From Acanthaster planci (taxonomy: Eukaryota): a DNA stretch of 62,000 nucleotides. Positions within the stretch are counted from its first letter, which is position 1; each line of letters starts with the position of its first letter. This document shows, piece after piece, positions 1 to 13,990 of the stretch. The translations under genes and the position numbers were made by a program. Location: NCBI RefSeq assembly GCF_001949145.1, contig NW_019091401.1, positions 806,001 through 868,000 on the forward strand. Reading direction: 5' to 3'. Below the pieces are notes generated by a model. That model had not been told where the DNA came from, did not search any database, and saw only the letters and a program-made list of their open reading frames with translations.

Positions 1-834
1 AAATTTACTTGTGTCTGTAGAGGTCCCTTGTGTGTCTGTGTTTTTAACTCATCAGTATACATGAAAAAGCTAGTAGGCCTGTCGATTTACTGCTGTCGAT
101 GCAGTGTGATGTAAAATGATAGATTAATGTTATTTGAATAAATTTTATTTCAAACCTTGCAAAGTGACATTTCATTTGATATTAAATAGTGAAAATAAGG
201 CATCTTTGTCATACAAGTCATACAAAATATGGAAGTAATGTTGAAATATGTGTATTTTTAAATTGTGGAAATTTTAGAACATCATTTTGAGATGACTTTT
301 CTAATGTTCTGTAATAGTTAAAAATGAATTGTGGAACCAGGAGGAACTTAAATATTTACTAAGAAACAACTGACGTAATTGAATGAATAAAATCTGCAGA
401 ATATAACTTGGTGAAAAGCACAGATGTGATTGTATATGTGTACCTTGAGTAACTTTTGGCATGTTATTTTTGTCCTCTCGTATGCGAGCGCTATGTATCC
501 AAAAGAGTTTTAATTCCCTTACTGTGTTTGCCTCTACTCAAACTACGGCTGGCTGTGACAACAGAAGTAGAAGGATAATTCACAACGTGTTGAAAATCCC
601 CAGCAGCTTCAAAACATCAAAATAATGAAACCCACTTTACTTAATACTGCATGAAAATATAACCCTCTTCAAAATTAATAGGACGACAGTACATTTGAAC
701 GGGCATTTGAACATTTGAACAGTACGGGCTAAGGAGCTTTTTACACGAAAAAGTTCCATCTGTCCTCAAAGGGCCATACCCCGTTGCCCCTTCCCCAACT
801 TTTGTCTGCAAACTTTTCCTACACTCCACATCGT

Positions 835-1243
835 GTCATTTGATTGGCTAGTCCGCCACTTGTTGGATTTTTGTCAGTGCCAGTTGATTGGCTCGTTGGG
901 AGTTCCTGATTGAAAGGTATAGTTCCCGTACTTGTCAACTACGACAGACGTGAATTTTAGACAAACCTTAGGCTTATCACGTGTGCATGCACCAGACTTA
1001 CGGGCAGAGCTAAAGCGATATGTGTATCATGTGCCGCTATACTGTAGCAGCAGGCCGCCAGCACAGTGTGGCATCCGTGCGCACCTGACATTGACAGGCA
1101 GTCACGTTTCACGTTACGCGCCAGATACAGACGTGACAGAAAATACATCCCACGCTTGCGACAGGCGTCTGGTTTGGTTGCGTTGCAGAGCAGGGTCTGA
1201 TTTTGTAGCTCGGGACTAGGATACTTGAAGCTTAGAGGTAAGA
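835..1243 (+). promoter_or_regulatory. Candidate promoter (reverse CCAAT boxes, CpG-enriched) and possible non-coding first exon ending at 1237
   Basis: GATTGGCT at about 842 and 886; CpG-rich 930-1220; strong donor GAG|GTAAGA at 1237/1238. Confidence 0.35.
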
Positions 1244-1685
1244 CAAAGACTACTTGTAGGTTGCACCATGGAGGAATAAAAACACATAGGCCCTAGACTA
1301 GTTCTAGGTCATTACTAGTTACTGGACGTGTTTATCAGCTATTTCCAGTTCCACGTTGTGTGGGCTCGTAGTCGTATGTCTACCTCCATGGCTCTACACT
1401 GTACTGAGTGGATGGGGCGTAGTATTCCTCAGCGTTATTAATAATATTCCTCTTTTTCGAATTTTGTAAGGCGAGTGCATGGGCTCCCTATAATTATCGT
1501 GTGTAAACATGTCACTATCCAAATGTCGTAGATGACACGCTCTCCAGGGGTGTGCATCCTGAATGCCAAATGGTCCAACGTTCGAATATCAAACGGTTAC
1601 TTGTTCAACGTTAAATGTCGAATGTCAAACAAGGAACTACATGTACGTGGAACTTCACATTGGTGGACGTAGCCGGTAGTTGGGG

Positions 1686-4600
1686 CAGTGCTGAATATCC
1701 GGATATCTGTGCTGAATATCCGGATGTCTGAATATTTGAATATCATTTTCCGAATTTGAATATTCGAATACAAAATTCATGAAAACAAAGGGAGAATTTT
1801 CTTTTGTTTTAAATGAGAACAATTGCACGGANNNNNNNNNNNNNNNNNNNNNNNNNNNNNNNNNNNNNNNNNNNNNNNNNNNNNNNNNNNNNNNNNNNNN
1901 NNNNNNNNNNNNNNNNNNNNNNNNNNNNNNNNNNNNNNNNNNNNNNNNNNNNNNNNNNNNNNNNNNNNNNNNNNNNNNNNNNNNNNNNNNNNNNNNNNNN
2001 NNNNNNNNNNNNNNNNNNNNNNNNNNNNNNNNNNNNNNNNNNNNNNNNNNNNNNNNNNNNNNNNNNNNNNNNNNNNNNNNNNNNNNNNNNNNNNNNNNNN
2101 NNNNNNNNNNNNNNNNNNNNNNNNNNNNNNNNNNNNNNNNNNNNNNNNNNNNNNNNNNNNNNNNNNNNNNNNNNNNNNNNNNNNNNNNNNNNNNNNNNNN
2201 NNNNNNNNNNNNNNNNNNNNNNNNNNNNNNNNNNNNNNNNNNNNNNNNNNNNNNNNNNNNNNNNNNNNNNNNNNNNNNNNNNNNNNNNNNNNNNNNNNNN
2301 NNNNNNNNNNNNNNNNNNNNNNNNNNNNNNNNNNNNNNNNNNNNNNNNNNNNNNNNNNNNNNNNNNNNNNNNNNNNNNNNNNNNNNNNNNNNNNNNNNNN
2401 NNNNNNNNNNNNNNNNNNNNNNNNNNNNNNNNNNNNNNNNNNNNNNNNNNNNNNNNNNNNNNNNNNNNNNNNNNNNNNNNNNNNNNNNNNNNNNNNNNNN
2501 NNNNNNNNNNNNNNNNNNNNNNNNNNNNNNNNNNNNNNNNNNNNNNNNNNNNNNNNNNNNNNNNNNNNNNNNNNNNNNNNNNNNNNNNNNNNNNNNNNNN
2601 NNNNNNNNNNNNNNNNNNNNNNNNNNNNNNNNNNNNNNNNNNNNNNNNNNNNNNNNNNNNNNNNNNNNNNNNNNNNNNNNNNNNNNNNNNNNNNNNNNNN
2701 NNNNNNNNNNNNNNNNNNNNNNNNNNNNNNNNNNNNNNNNNNNNNNNNNNNNNNNNNNNNNNNNNNNNNNNNNNNNNNNNNNNNNNNNNNNNNNNNNNNN
2801 NNNNNNNNNNNNNNNNNNNNNNNNNNNNNNNNNNNNNNNNNNNNNNNNNNNNNNNNNNNNNNNNNNNNNNNNNNNNNNNNNNNNNNNNNNNNNNNNNNNN
2901 NNNNNNNNNNNNNNNNNNNNNNNNNNNNNNNNNNNNNNNNNNNNNNNNNNNNNNNNNNNNNNNNNNNNNNNNNNNNNNNNNNNNNNNNNNNNNNNNNNNN
3001 NNNNNNNNNNNNNNNNNNNNNNNNNNNNNNNNNNNNNNNNNNNNNNNNNNNNNNNNNNNNNNNNNNNNNNNNNNNNNNNNNNNNNNNNNNNNNNNNNNNN
3101 NNNNNNNNNNNNNNNNNNNNNTTACAAACTGTCTGTAAAAGAAATTGGGCCCATTTTTTCCTTCTAACCAAATCCTCCAACTTAAAAATTGTCGCAAAAC
3201 ACGCACTATTTTCCCCCAAGTAAAAATTGTACATGTACAGTAGGGCACATTGCGCGGCATTTCGTAAACTGTGTAGATCCATCCAGACAGATGACGGCCC
3301 TCTGCACTCCTCGTGTTGCGGATTCATGCATAAAATTACCTCAATGCTTGTGGCAGCCCAACCCCTGGTACATAATGGTTCTTTCCGGATATGATTTGGT
3401 TCATGCGCACACGTCGTGCGCATTTGCCGTGTTCTTCAGAAGCAAAGATGGCCGCCTGTCGATGTAAACCTGGTCCATGTGTAGCTCCAAAAGTGTGCCC
3501 AAAATTCCACATTTCTGTCCTATGATGTTCAGCTCTTCAATGCCTATTAGAATTGTCTTCATTCAGCGATCAAAGTAAGGATACTTTTGTAGTAATTACG
3601 CGATATTACAGTGAACTTCGTATATGGAATTCTTCCCGAAAACACATGTTTAGGTTTTTTCAGGCAAGTCTGAGAGGTTTGTGCGCTGGTAACATTCACC
3701 AGATCAATGGAGAGCATTCATGAAACACAGGATCCACTTACATGTAAGGCGTAAATATTATGTATTTTAAATAGGCCTACACACATTTTTCTGGGTAACT
3801 CACGGCTATACTGTCAAAGTGTTGATTGCAACCAAGGCACCTTTCAAACTCATCCCACGATGACTGTTTCATGGCTAAGTGTGAGTGCTCAGTTCTGCAT
3901 TTGTTTCGCAAATTTATACATGTGCATTTAGGAATGCCAAATGTTGACGTCACACATGACCTCACTCTAAGCCAGTGGAATAGTTGTGCATAGAGGTTTT
4001 TCTTAAATTAGCCTGAAACCAGAATATTTTACCAGTGGCAGTGTCCTTTCCCAGAATCAAGACCCACGAGAAAGTCGCAAACGGGGTTACATCAAACATT
4101 CATACATTTTATTTCAATTAAATTTTAACATGAACACATTTTTATTACTGATCATGCTTTGCATCTACACATTTTTCTGCTGCTTGAGTTGGCATTCGGG
4201 GTGCGTCTGAGTGAGCTACTCATGTCAACATAAGTATACTCGAGCGCTGGAACGGCAGGAGTACGACCCGCGAGTCAACGAGAGTATACCCTCACTGGAG
4301 GGGGAGTATACTTCTGCATCTGGGTGTAATGCTCATGCGTCCTAATCTCGTATTAACAGGAGTAACCACGTGAACGCACCCGTATTGTACACCATGTTCA
4401 GGTACATTTGCACCTCTGTACCTACAACTGAGTGTCTTTTATCTCATAGAGTAGTTGGTCATTATACTANTTCAATTGCACTGTGGAGGCTTGTTTCAAG
4501 CAGACTGAAATGAAAAATGACAGAAATCTTACAACGATTAAAAAATTAATTGAGCCATTTCAAAACTTTAAAGGACAAGAAGTATTGTTCGTCTCTAAAT

Positions 4601-4801
4601 CTTGCGAAATCTCGGCTGGAGGTACTCCAAGACGTGAAAAGCTATTATAGTGATTAAAATTTACAATTTTGTCTGTTTTTGCAACTGATTTTGTATTGTT
4701 CATCAACAATCTGCCAGTCGGTATGACTGAATATTCGGATATTCGATCGAATTGAAGGTCGGATATTCGAATAGTGAATTGTTCAAAATGACTCAGCCCA
4801 A
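1686..4801 (-). mobile_element. Second copy of the hAT-like element, split in two (1686-1830 and 4471-4801) by about 2.6 kb including an N gap
   Basis: Both halves match 31577-32048 in reverse complement. Confidence 0.65.
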
Positions 4802-6313
4802 CCGGTAGTTGAAGTAGAAGTAGCTTAGGATTGGGAAATAGGGTAAATTAGGATAATAATTGGCCTAAAATGCCGACCAAGCTACTCACCCTCTTGTTCC
4901 CTTGTACCGTACAACTACGTACATTCCCACCCGATTACTGCGGATTCTGCTCAATGAAAACTTTCCAAGCAAACTTTACAAGAGACCGGTACCGGGTACC
5001 TGTATGTTTGCTTAGAGTGTTACAGTAAATGTACATGTATCTACATGTATCTAAAGTTTGTATTCTCCCTACCCAACAGAAACCAAATGTGTTATTTAGA
5101 TTAATGTAGGAAGCTTGTCGTTTTAATAGAGCTTACTGTTCCACTTGGGATTATCATCAAGGACGCTCAAGAGAGAAAGACTATCGATACGTCAGCCTCT
5201 GTCATATGGAATTGGAAGGGTGGAATGTTAAATTAATCTGCATAGAAATCGGCTCTCGAGGACTGATTACTTCCGACAACAGAAAGAGAATCAAAGAAAT
5301 TATGAAATTAATTGTGCCATTTGGATGTTAAATATAAAGATTTTTGCAATCACATTGTTTGAAGAGCGCTGTTGGGATCCCATGTAGTTTTTAATGGTCA
5401 GAATGAACCAATCTAGAAAACAGGTGAATGTGTGTACATGTATGCTCTTCTTCATAATTTGGGCACCACTCATTCCAGAAAATGTTTATGAATTATGCTG
5501 CTGTAATTAAATGAATGTATTTTTTAAATGTGGTAATTGTTTGTGTTCCTCTAAAACATGCTTCGTTTCTCTTTACCGTGCCATTCGTACTTTAATTTAT
5601 TCAGCAGATAGTCAGTGACTGCCCTTCTTTGAAGAGTATCCCTCTTGATTTTTGCCAGAATCCCTTGATGAATCACATGCAGCGATTCTGTACTAGGCTG
5701 CCTATTTTGGATTATACATGTACATGTATCGCATTACAGCAGGTTGAAGTTCAGTTGCATGTGATGTAACAGTAGTTGGACCATGTCAAATACAGAGCTA
5801 CATCAGTTCATTTATGCCTTGAAAAATACTCGCCCTTTGAGAAACATTTCTAGCTTTCTTGTCTTGGATGCAGCAGCCTGAATTCCTGTGATAGTGTTTC
5901 ATTTGAGATGTTCTTTTTGAGGCATTTTTGAAACTCCTTGGCTAACCAGATCACTCAAACGACTGATATGACAGAAGAATAGGGCCTTTTATGCTGCAAA
6001 ATCACCCAACACCAATCAACTATGGAAACAGTACAAAGCACTCAGGAAACAGGTCCCAATATGACTTGCGGAAGGATGAACAAGAGTATCTCGCCTCAAC
6101 TATATTATTTGAGTCACTACAGACAAATGTCAAGAGGTTTTGGTCCTTCATCAAGCACCGCAGATGGGACATGTGGTATCACGGCACTTCGGAGCCAAGG
6201 TTCGTTCGTGAGCAATGCATCCAGCAAAGCCGAGGTACCGGAAATTTGTAAAGACTATGAGTCAATCTTCACCACGGAAGACACTTCTCATATCTCATCT
6301 CTTGGGAAGAGTC

Positions 6314-6527
6314 TGTAGCATTTTCCGCACAATTACTTGAATTATTTGCATTTATTTCTTTTAGTGAATTTAGTATCCAGTATGCAGTATCCAGTATTAG
6401 TCTGCTTTTTAATTCTCCAATTCAGTCAACATTTAGCTTACAATTCTATCGCAGCCGTCTTGGTCGTTCTTGCGAATAAAGTTGGTAACAACGCTGAATC
6501 AGTACTGACTCTCGTGATGACCCTATA
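6314..6527 (+). repeat. 5' LTR (214 bp), followed by a degenerate tRNA-Trp-type PBS (TAGTGACCC)
   Basis: TGTAG...CTATA direct repeat of 10257-10420; AATAAA near 6475. PBS resembles TGGTGACCCC, complementary to the tRNA-Trp 3' end. Confidence 0.9.
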
Positions 6528-7426
6528 AAATAGTGACCCTGTACACATCATTTATTAGTTGCTCCTGTTGATTTCTTGACTGAGAATGGATACTCCAAGC
6601 CCGTCTGCTCCTCAGCCCGTCACTGGCTATGCTGGCCGACAAAATTGTGGAGGTTGCCCCTCCTCCAACCCGTCAAGTTGCTACGGTAACACCTTCATGT
6701 ACAGCCACTTCCTCATCTCAGATGGCCACTACTTTCCAGCAACTGAGGGACGACATCTCCCAACTTCAGGCCCAGGTATCAGCCCTGTCACATAGTGGCA
6801 ACCATCGTCGCAGTCGCAGTCCTTCCCGTAAGCGTCACAATGACAACCAGCATCTCTCTCCTGACGTCTGCTGGTATCACCGAAAATTTGGCGCCCAGGC
6901 CCGCAAGTGCACGACACCCTGTGCCACCAGTACCTCTTCCGGCGCTTCGTCTTCGGGAAACGGCTCAGCCAGCAACTAGTGGCGACAAGCACTGCTGGCC
7001 CATCCACATCCAGTCGCCTATTCTACGTAACTGACAAGGCAACAAAACAATTCCTCATCGACATAGGGGAACAGGTCAGTGTAATTCCTCGTTCCCCTCA
7101 CGATTCTCCTCATCCCAATCCCGATCAAGATTTGCAAGCAGCACANNNNNNNNNNNNNNNNNNNNNNNNNNNNNNNNNNNNNNNNNNNNNNNNNNNNNNN
7201 NNNNNNNNNNNNNNNNNNNNNNNNNNNNNNNNNNNNNNNNNNNNNNNNNNNNNNNNNNNNNNNNNNNNNNNNNNNNNNNNNNNNNNNNNNNNNNNNNNNN
7301 NNNNNNNNNNNNNNNNNNNNNNNNNNNNNNNNNNNNNNNNNNNGTTGTTGCTAATATCCAACACACAATCATAGGCGTGATTTCCTGAGACATTTCAATC
7401 TCCTTGTTGATCTTTGCAATCACCGA

Positions 7427-10090
7427 TTGATCGATGCAACTACAACCCTCACCGTCACAGGCACCACTACGACCGCACCTGCGCTGAGTCCTGTCCTCTC
7501 ATCGCCATCATGTTTCGCAGCCATCCTGAAGGACTTTCCTGCAATCACAAGACCAAACTACCGTGACACACCAGTGAAACACAATGTCACCCGTCACATC
7601 GTCACGACAGGTCCACCAGTTGCCGCACGTCCACACCGTCTCACCCCGGACCGTCTTAAAGTGGCAAAAGACGAGTTCCAACATATGATGGACTTGGGCA
7701 TCATCCGCCCCTCAGACAGTAACTGGTCGTCACCTCTTCACATGGTTCCCAAGAAACAACCTGGTGACTGGCGACCATGTGGAGACTACCGTGCGCTCAA
7801 CCATTCAACCGTGCCTTATCGCTATCCCGTTCCGCACATCCAGGACTTCACGGTATCACTCCATGGGAAAACAGTTTTTTCCAAGATTGACCTTGTCTGT
7901 GCTTACCATCAAATCCCTGTAGCACCAGACTCAGTCCCGAAAACTGCCATCACTACTCCCTTTGGACTCTTTGAATTTGTCCGTATGCCATTTGGCCTTC
8001 GCAACGCCGCCCAAACATTTCAGCGCTTCATTGATGAAGTTACTCGTGGACTGGATTTCTGCTACGCATACATTGACGACCTGCTGGTTGCCAGCTCCGA
8101 CACAGACCAACACAAACACTCTCTTTGCCTACTGTTTGATCGCCTCAACCAGTACGGAGTTGTCATCAATCCTGCCAAATGTCAATTTGGAGTGAACTCT
8201 CTCAAGTTTCTCGGTCATCAAGTTGACAGCCAAGGGATGCGCCTACTCGACGAGAAGGTCAGTGTTATCTTGAACCTTTCTCAACCTGCTACACTGACCA
8301 AGCTAAGAGAATTTCTTGGACTAGTCAATTTCTATCGCCACTTCATACCACAGTGTTCTCAAGTCCTTCATCCTCTCATGGCACTGCTGACCAATTCAGG
8401 CAAAAAGTCAGCCCCAGTCACATGGAATGCTGCTGCTATGGCCTCTTTTGATCAGATCAAAGCCGCCCTCGCCAACGCTACTCTCATAAACATCCAAAGC
8501 CAGGCGCTCCATTGAGCATCATGACGGATGCTTCAGATGTGGCAGTGGGAGCTGTTCTCCAACAGTGGGTCGATGATTCATGGTAGCCTATCTCGTTCTT
8601 CTCCAAAAAGCTTCAGCCAGCTGAAACACGCTACAGCACCTTTGGACGAGAACTGTTAGCCGTGTACCTTGCCATTCGCCACTTCTGCCATTTTCTTGAG
8701 GGCCGAGAATTCCATGTGTATGCAGACCACAAACCGCTGACATATGCCCTCGCTGCATCAACTGACAAACACTCGCCACACGAGATTTGCCACCTTGATT
8801 TTGTTTCACAATTCACTTGTCAGTGACATAAGATATGTTAAAAGTGGTGAAAACCCCGCCGCTGATGCCCTGTCGCGTGTGCAACTCAACTCCCTCCACC
8901 CAGAGCAGTCCAGCACACCTATCGACTTCAGCCAGATGGCACAATTGCAACGACAGTGTGACGAACTACAACAGCTTCACCACTCCGCAACCTCACTCTC
9001 TCTCAAAGATGTTCCTCTGCCATCATGTGACCAGACTGTGACATGCGACATGTCAACGGGAAATCCACAACCATTCGTTCCCAAAGATTTACGACGTGCC
9101 ATATTTGACTCATTTCACTCCTTGTCACACCCTGGCATTCATGCCACCCAACGACTCATCACAGACCATTTTGTATGGCCCAGCATCAACTGTGATGTGT
9201 GCAATTGGACAAAATTGTGTATTCAGTGTAAACGCGCAAAGATTCACCGTCATACCTCTGCACCACTATCACAGTTCACAGGCCCAAATGCACGATTTGA
9301 TCATGTACACATTGACATAGTTGGCCCATTGCCACCCTCTCATGGATGCACTTACATCCTCGCTTGCATTGATCGTTTCACCCGATGACCAGAAGCCATC
9401 CCTCTACCTGACATCACACGCAGCCGAAACAGTAGCCCGCGCATTCATATCCAGCTGGGTTGCTGCATTTGGTGTTCCATCCACCATCACAACCAACCGT
9501 GGTACACAGTTCGAATCCGCTCTGTTCTCCGCTCTCACCAGAATGCTTGGAACTAAACGCATTAGTACCACGGCATACCACCCAATTGCCAATGGACTAG
9601 TTGAGCGATTCCATCGTCGGCTTAAGAGTTTCCTGAAAGCTCAGTCAAATCCCAACAACTGGACAGAAACATTACTGTTTGTTCTTCTTGGGATCCACAC
9701 AACAGTTAAATCTGATTTTCCTCACTGTGCTGCTGAACTGGTCTATGGTACAACTCTTCGCTTGCCTGGAGATTTCTTCGATAGTTCAACGAACACTGCT
9801 GAGTTGGATCCTGCCAATTACGTTCACCGCCTCAAACGAACTATGCAAGAACTAATGTACAACCACCAACACCTCAAACACAACAACGGACTAGCATAAA
9901 CGTTCCAGATGATTTACAATCATGTAGCCACGTTTTTGTTAGACACGATTCTGTTCGTAAGCCCTTACAACCCCCATATTATGGACCGTACAAAGTTCTA
10001 AGTCATTCCAAGAAGCACTTTGTAATTGATGTTAACCATCGCAAAGACACTATCAACGTAGATAGACTTAAAAGTGCTCACTTTGACACA
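7427..10090 (+). pseudogene. Gypsy pol (RT, RNase H, integrase), disrupted
   Basis: ORF fragments 7427-8515, 8744-9388 and 9321-9899 in shifting frames. Confidence 0.95.
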
Positions 10091-10256
10091 CCCATAATTT
10101 CAACTATTCCAACTTCTCAGGATTCTCTTTCAGTGAACCAACCACATCACTCTCCTGACAATACTCGCATAACTCGTTCTGGTCGCCATGTCCACTGGCA
10201 AAAACGCTTTGTCACATTCATTCATTAGCTTTGCAAACTCACTGGAAGTGGGCTCC

Positions 10257-10420
10257 TGTAGCGTTTTCTGCACAATTACTTGAGTTATTTGCATTTATTT
10301 CTTTTTAGTGAATTTAGTATTCAGTATCCAGTATTAGTCTGCTTTTCAATTCTCCAATTCAGTCAACAGTTAAGTTGGTAACAACGCTGAATCAATACTG
10401 ACTCTCACGACAACCCTATA
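10257..10420 (+). repeat. 3' LTR (164 bp, internal deletion), preceded by a degenerate PPT
   Basis: Direct repeat of 6314-6527; purine-rich ACTGGAAGTGGG just upstream. Confidence 0.9.
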
Positions 10421-13400
10421 AGTCCATTCCCAGAAGTACAAAATCTCACAATTAACTTGCATGGTATTACAAAGCTTGTAAAAGAGCTCAGTGTCAATAA
10501 AGCCCCTTGACCAGATGGAATCAGGTATCAGATATGGGTATCAGATTTTCTCACAAAGTGTGAACAAACTGTTGTTGTTGAAGCTGCAAGACAAATCAAC
10601 TTGTCATCCCACAGTCTGTATCACAATCCCATCCTCATTCATTCTTTCCTAAGATGGCAAGAGATTGGAATACATGTAAGCTGCCGAAACACATGACTTA
10701 TCTGGAGAAGATATATAGCTTCAAAACAGCGCGGCAAAACCATCCACAGCTGAAATGAACAACTACCCAGTTCCGTTCTGAGTGATGCTCATTTAGAGCT
10801 TTTCAGAGTATTGATCCAGATCCGGTTTGTTGCAAAATTGTAACTTTCCACCAAAGATCGTATAGCATCGCACAGCATACAGACTGTCACTCCATGCCAG
10901 TGGGAGAGCCCAGCAGCTCAGTATGGAGTCACTGCTCACCATGCCGGGCCAGCCCCTCCTGCCTCCTCCAATAGCAATGGGCCAAAATGAATGATTACTA
11001 CACCTTCATTGACTTCAGCCTCATGAGTGTTTACAGTAGGTGAGTGGGGCAGCTACATGTGTACTAGCTGGACATGGCTCCACCAGTGGTGGAGCAACCA
11101 TTTTTAAAGTGGAGGGTTAGTTATGAGACCATCAAGGCATGATTAGCCATTGAAATACTGATCCCTTGAGCCCCAGGGACCCAATAAGAGGACCCGTGAA
11201 ACGTAGGGCACTTGGGGAGGCACTGGCCCCCTGGTCTTGTGAAGTTGATTGTAAATAGGACGAGGTACTGTACATGTAATGTACAATGTATACCCTATAC
11301 ACGTAAACAAGGTTCAAATGCTGCATGTACACTGAATCGGTCCTGCAATGGAGTTTACTGTGTGTCGCATTTACACTTGTGTTGGATCTACAGTACATGT
11401 ACTGGTACACAGCAATGTGTGCCGGTGCAGACCTAACACAGACACACTTTCACCGAGAGGGGTCAGAAACCTGTGGATTGTGGCACATACATTGTACATG
11501 TACACAAAAAACGTGTGTTTTTTTATTCCAGTGCTTGCGAATTAGAAAGTGAAAGTTCACTCTTTGTTATGTGCAATATATCATGTTGGTATTGTACAAG
11601 TCTGTACTTCAGATTTTCTTGGTTTTTACTATTTGTAACAAGTAATTATAAGATACATGTATGCCTAAATGTACTTCCATAGAATTTATGAAGTTTTTAC
11701 TGGAAATTGAGACCACTAATTCAAGGGATCTCTTTTCTTCTGTAGCCCAGGCATGGCTGAGAGAGTATAATTTACAAAGCAAACTCAAAGCAAGAAAAAG
11801 AGAATCCAGTGATAATCCTGGCTTGCAACCCAACTTGTACTGTATTTGTACCTGACAGAATCCTCCGTTTTGTTTCGTGGTGTGAGAAGGTTAAAAAATA
11901 AAACACAGAGAGAGGGAAAGTCATTCAGGATTTTAATTAATCTGTTTGTCAGTATTGCAGAAAAGGAAGACCTTTCAGTGGCATAAGTGAAACCTGACTT
12001 AGTGACTTGAAGTGATTAATTATACCACTTTGTCCCAACTCGTCTACATACAGTATGAGCCTTCTGACATCCTGGGTGAAAGATTGTTTTTAGTGGAGAG
12101 CATCTTTAATTCAATGTGAACCTTTAATGTTAAAAAAAGTCTAGACTTGAATGTGGTGCAAGTACCTAGGCTACAGTAAAAATGACCAATTTGCCAAGTG
12201 CTCTTGATTAGTGGTTTCCTAATGAGATGTGTGTGCCGAGTTATCGTGGGGACATTTCTGAGTCCCCACAATGTTTTCGGTCCCCACAAAATACATGCAG
12301 GTGAAATGTTGAATGTACATGTACGTGTACGTGTATGTCCCCACAACTACAGTGCAGGAGGTTGCATACATGTATGTATTTACCTGTATCTATAAAACCA
12401 AAATAAAAAAAAATTTACAGCCAAAACTGGAGGCAGATGCTGATTTTAAAAAGATGGGAAATATATTGTATCAGCAGCAGACTGTTCTCTGTGTGGAATG
12501 CTCTACATGTACATAATGTATACTGCATACATGTATAATCTGCATGTTGCCATTGTGTTGATTGATTAGCATGCGTGTGTTGGACAAATGACAGAATCCA
12601 GAAATGCCCTTGGCTTGGTGTTAAAAATTGATGCTGTCTATTGGCTGTCTGCATACAGGTACATGTACATGTACACGTCATTCTGGGAGGGAATCTCTCA
12701 AACAACAGGGCACAGTATACATGTAAATGATATTTGTCACTTTTTAAAACTAAGACCACAAATAAAGTGATCGTGTACGGATACATGTGCGTGCATGTAC
12801 AATGCATGGTCACCAGCCTTTGCATTATCATTCTTGTTTAGTGATGGACACCAGTCCTAACAGCACTGCATGCCTCACAATTAACTTAGTGGCAACGGAG
12901 AGTTGATGCACAATGCTCCATGTGCATCCAAACTCTTCACTTAATGATCCACCTTTCAGGGAGAACATGCAATCCGACATTGAAATAAGGAAGAAAAATA
13001 ATGAAGGTTGAAAAACATGCAGTTAATTTTTTGTGATGAGCGAGACAGCAATATTGGCAAAAAGAGCCTGAGGCGTGCAAGTTATCAAAATTCATGAAGC
13101 GAAGTGCCCCACGTTTAAATGGGCTTTTGAAACCATGCACCTGCATCTAATCTTCATTATCCCTTCCTGCCCAAGACATGCCCATCCAAATAAATCCACC
13201 CAGCGTTCTGCACCAGCTGACCTTTAAGCGTTACACAATGTGGCATCATTAGTCAACGAATTGCCATCATTTCGAGAATTCCTCAACAGCTTCATGGCCA
13301 AGTTGGCATGGCCAGCTATTCAAAAAGCCATAGGTACTGTACTTCTACACTACAGTGATGTTCTGGTACATGTACACTGAGCAGTTGATAATCTCTTGAC

Positions 13401-13990
13401 GATCCCTGACTGTCAGGCATTTTCTGGGGCAACTGAGAAGAGATGTACCAATTTATTCAAAGGTCTCTGTCAAATGTGAAGGATGGTAAAGTGCAATGTA
13501 CATGTACATGTATGCAGGAGCTTTGCCTAATACATTGTACATGCACCATGGAGCTACAATACAAAATAATACTCTGGCTTGTCAGTTGCCTGGTTGGTGC
13601 TCTTATCCTCAGCTTTTATTGAGGGAGGACGGGTCAGAATTGATCTGTGGCCACAGGTGTCTCGCACGTGATTATTGTGTTGAATTGGTATCCATGATAG
13701 TAGCGGTTGACTATGAGCTTTGAAGCTTTTCCTTGTGACAGTGCTGGTAGCAATGTAAGCACAAGATTTGCTACAGCACCACGGCAAACACATCTCTTTT
13801 GTAAGTGTGGTTCTGAAAAGAACCGGAGGGTACTCAATGTTTGGAAAAATATGCTCTGTCCATCATCAGGAGACTGCTGGGATTCCAATAACTAGCTGTA
13901 CTTGCTTTAATATTGCAGGGTCTTCTATGTATAATTTGTTTTTTGGAGGTCATATAGTGTATTGATTCTGCATGAAAGGAGGATTGATTC

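Larger units (their letters stand above)
6314..10420 (+). mobile_element. Decayed Ty3/Gypsy LTR retrotransposon (gag largely deleted; PR-RT-RH-IN with stops and frameshifts)
   Basis: Paired LTRs; AGTC TSD at 6310-6313 and 10421-10424; gag CWYHRKFG..ARKC..PC; protease [19 protein letters not shown] and YIDD; RNase H TDAS; integrase HSLSHPG, C..C, HVHIDIVGP and NGLVERFHR. Confidence 0.97.
6060..10700 (+). mobile_element. Non-LTR (CR1/L2-type LINE) ORF2 relic interrupted by the Gypsy element (pieces at about 6060-6313 and 10421-10700)
   Basis: KRFWSFIK..GITALR..KAEV..ESIFT.ED..LGKS | PFPEV.NLTI..GITKL.KELSVNKAP*PDGI, WVSDFLT..EQTVVV, SFFPKMARDWN.LP. Confidence 0.75.

Noticed and set aside
1777..3423. 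Long ORFs in the track spanning N runs (also at 7.1, 14.1, 49.5-51.2 and 53.8-54.5 kb)
   Set aside because: These are artefacts of translating assembly gaps.
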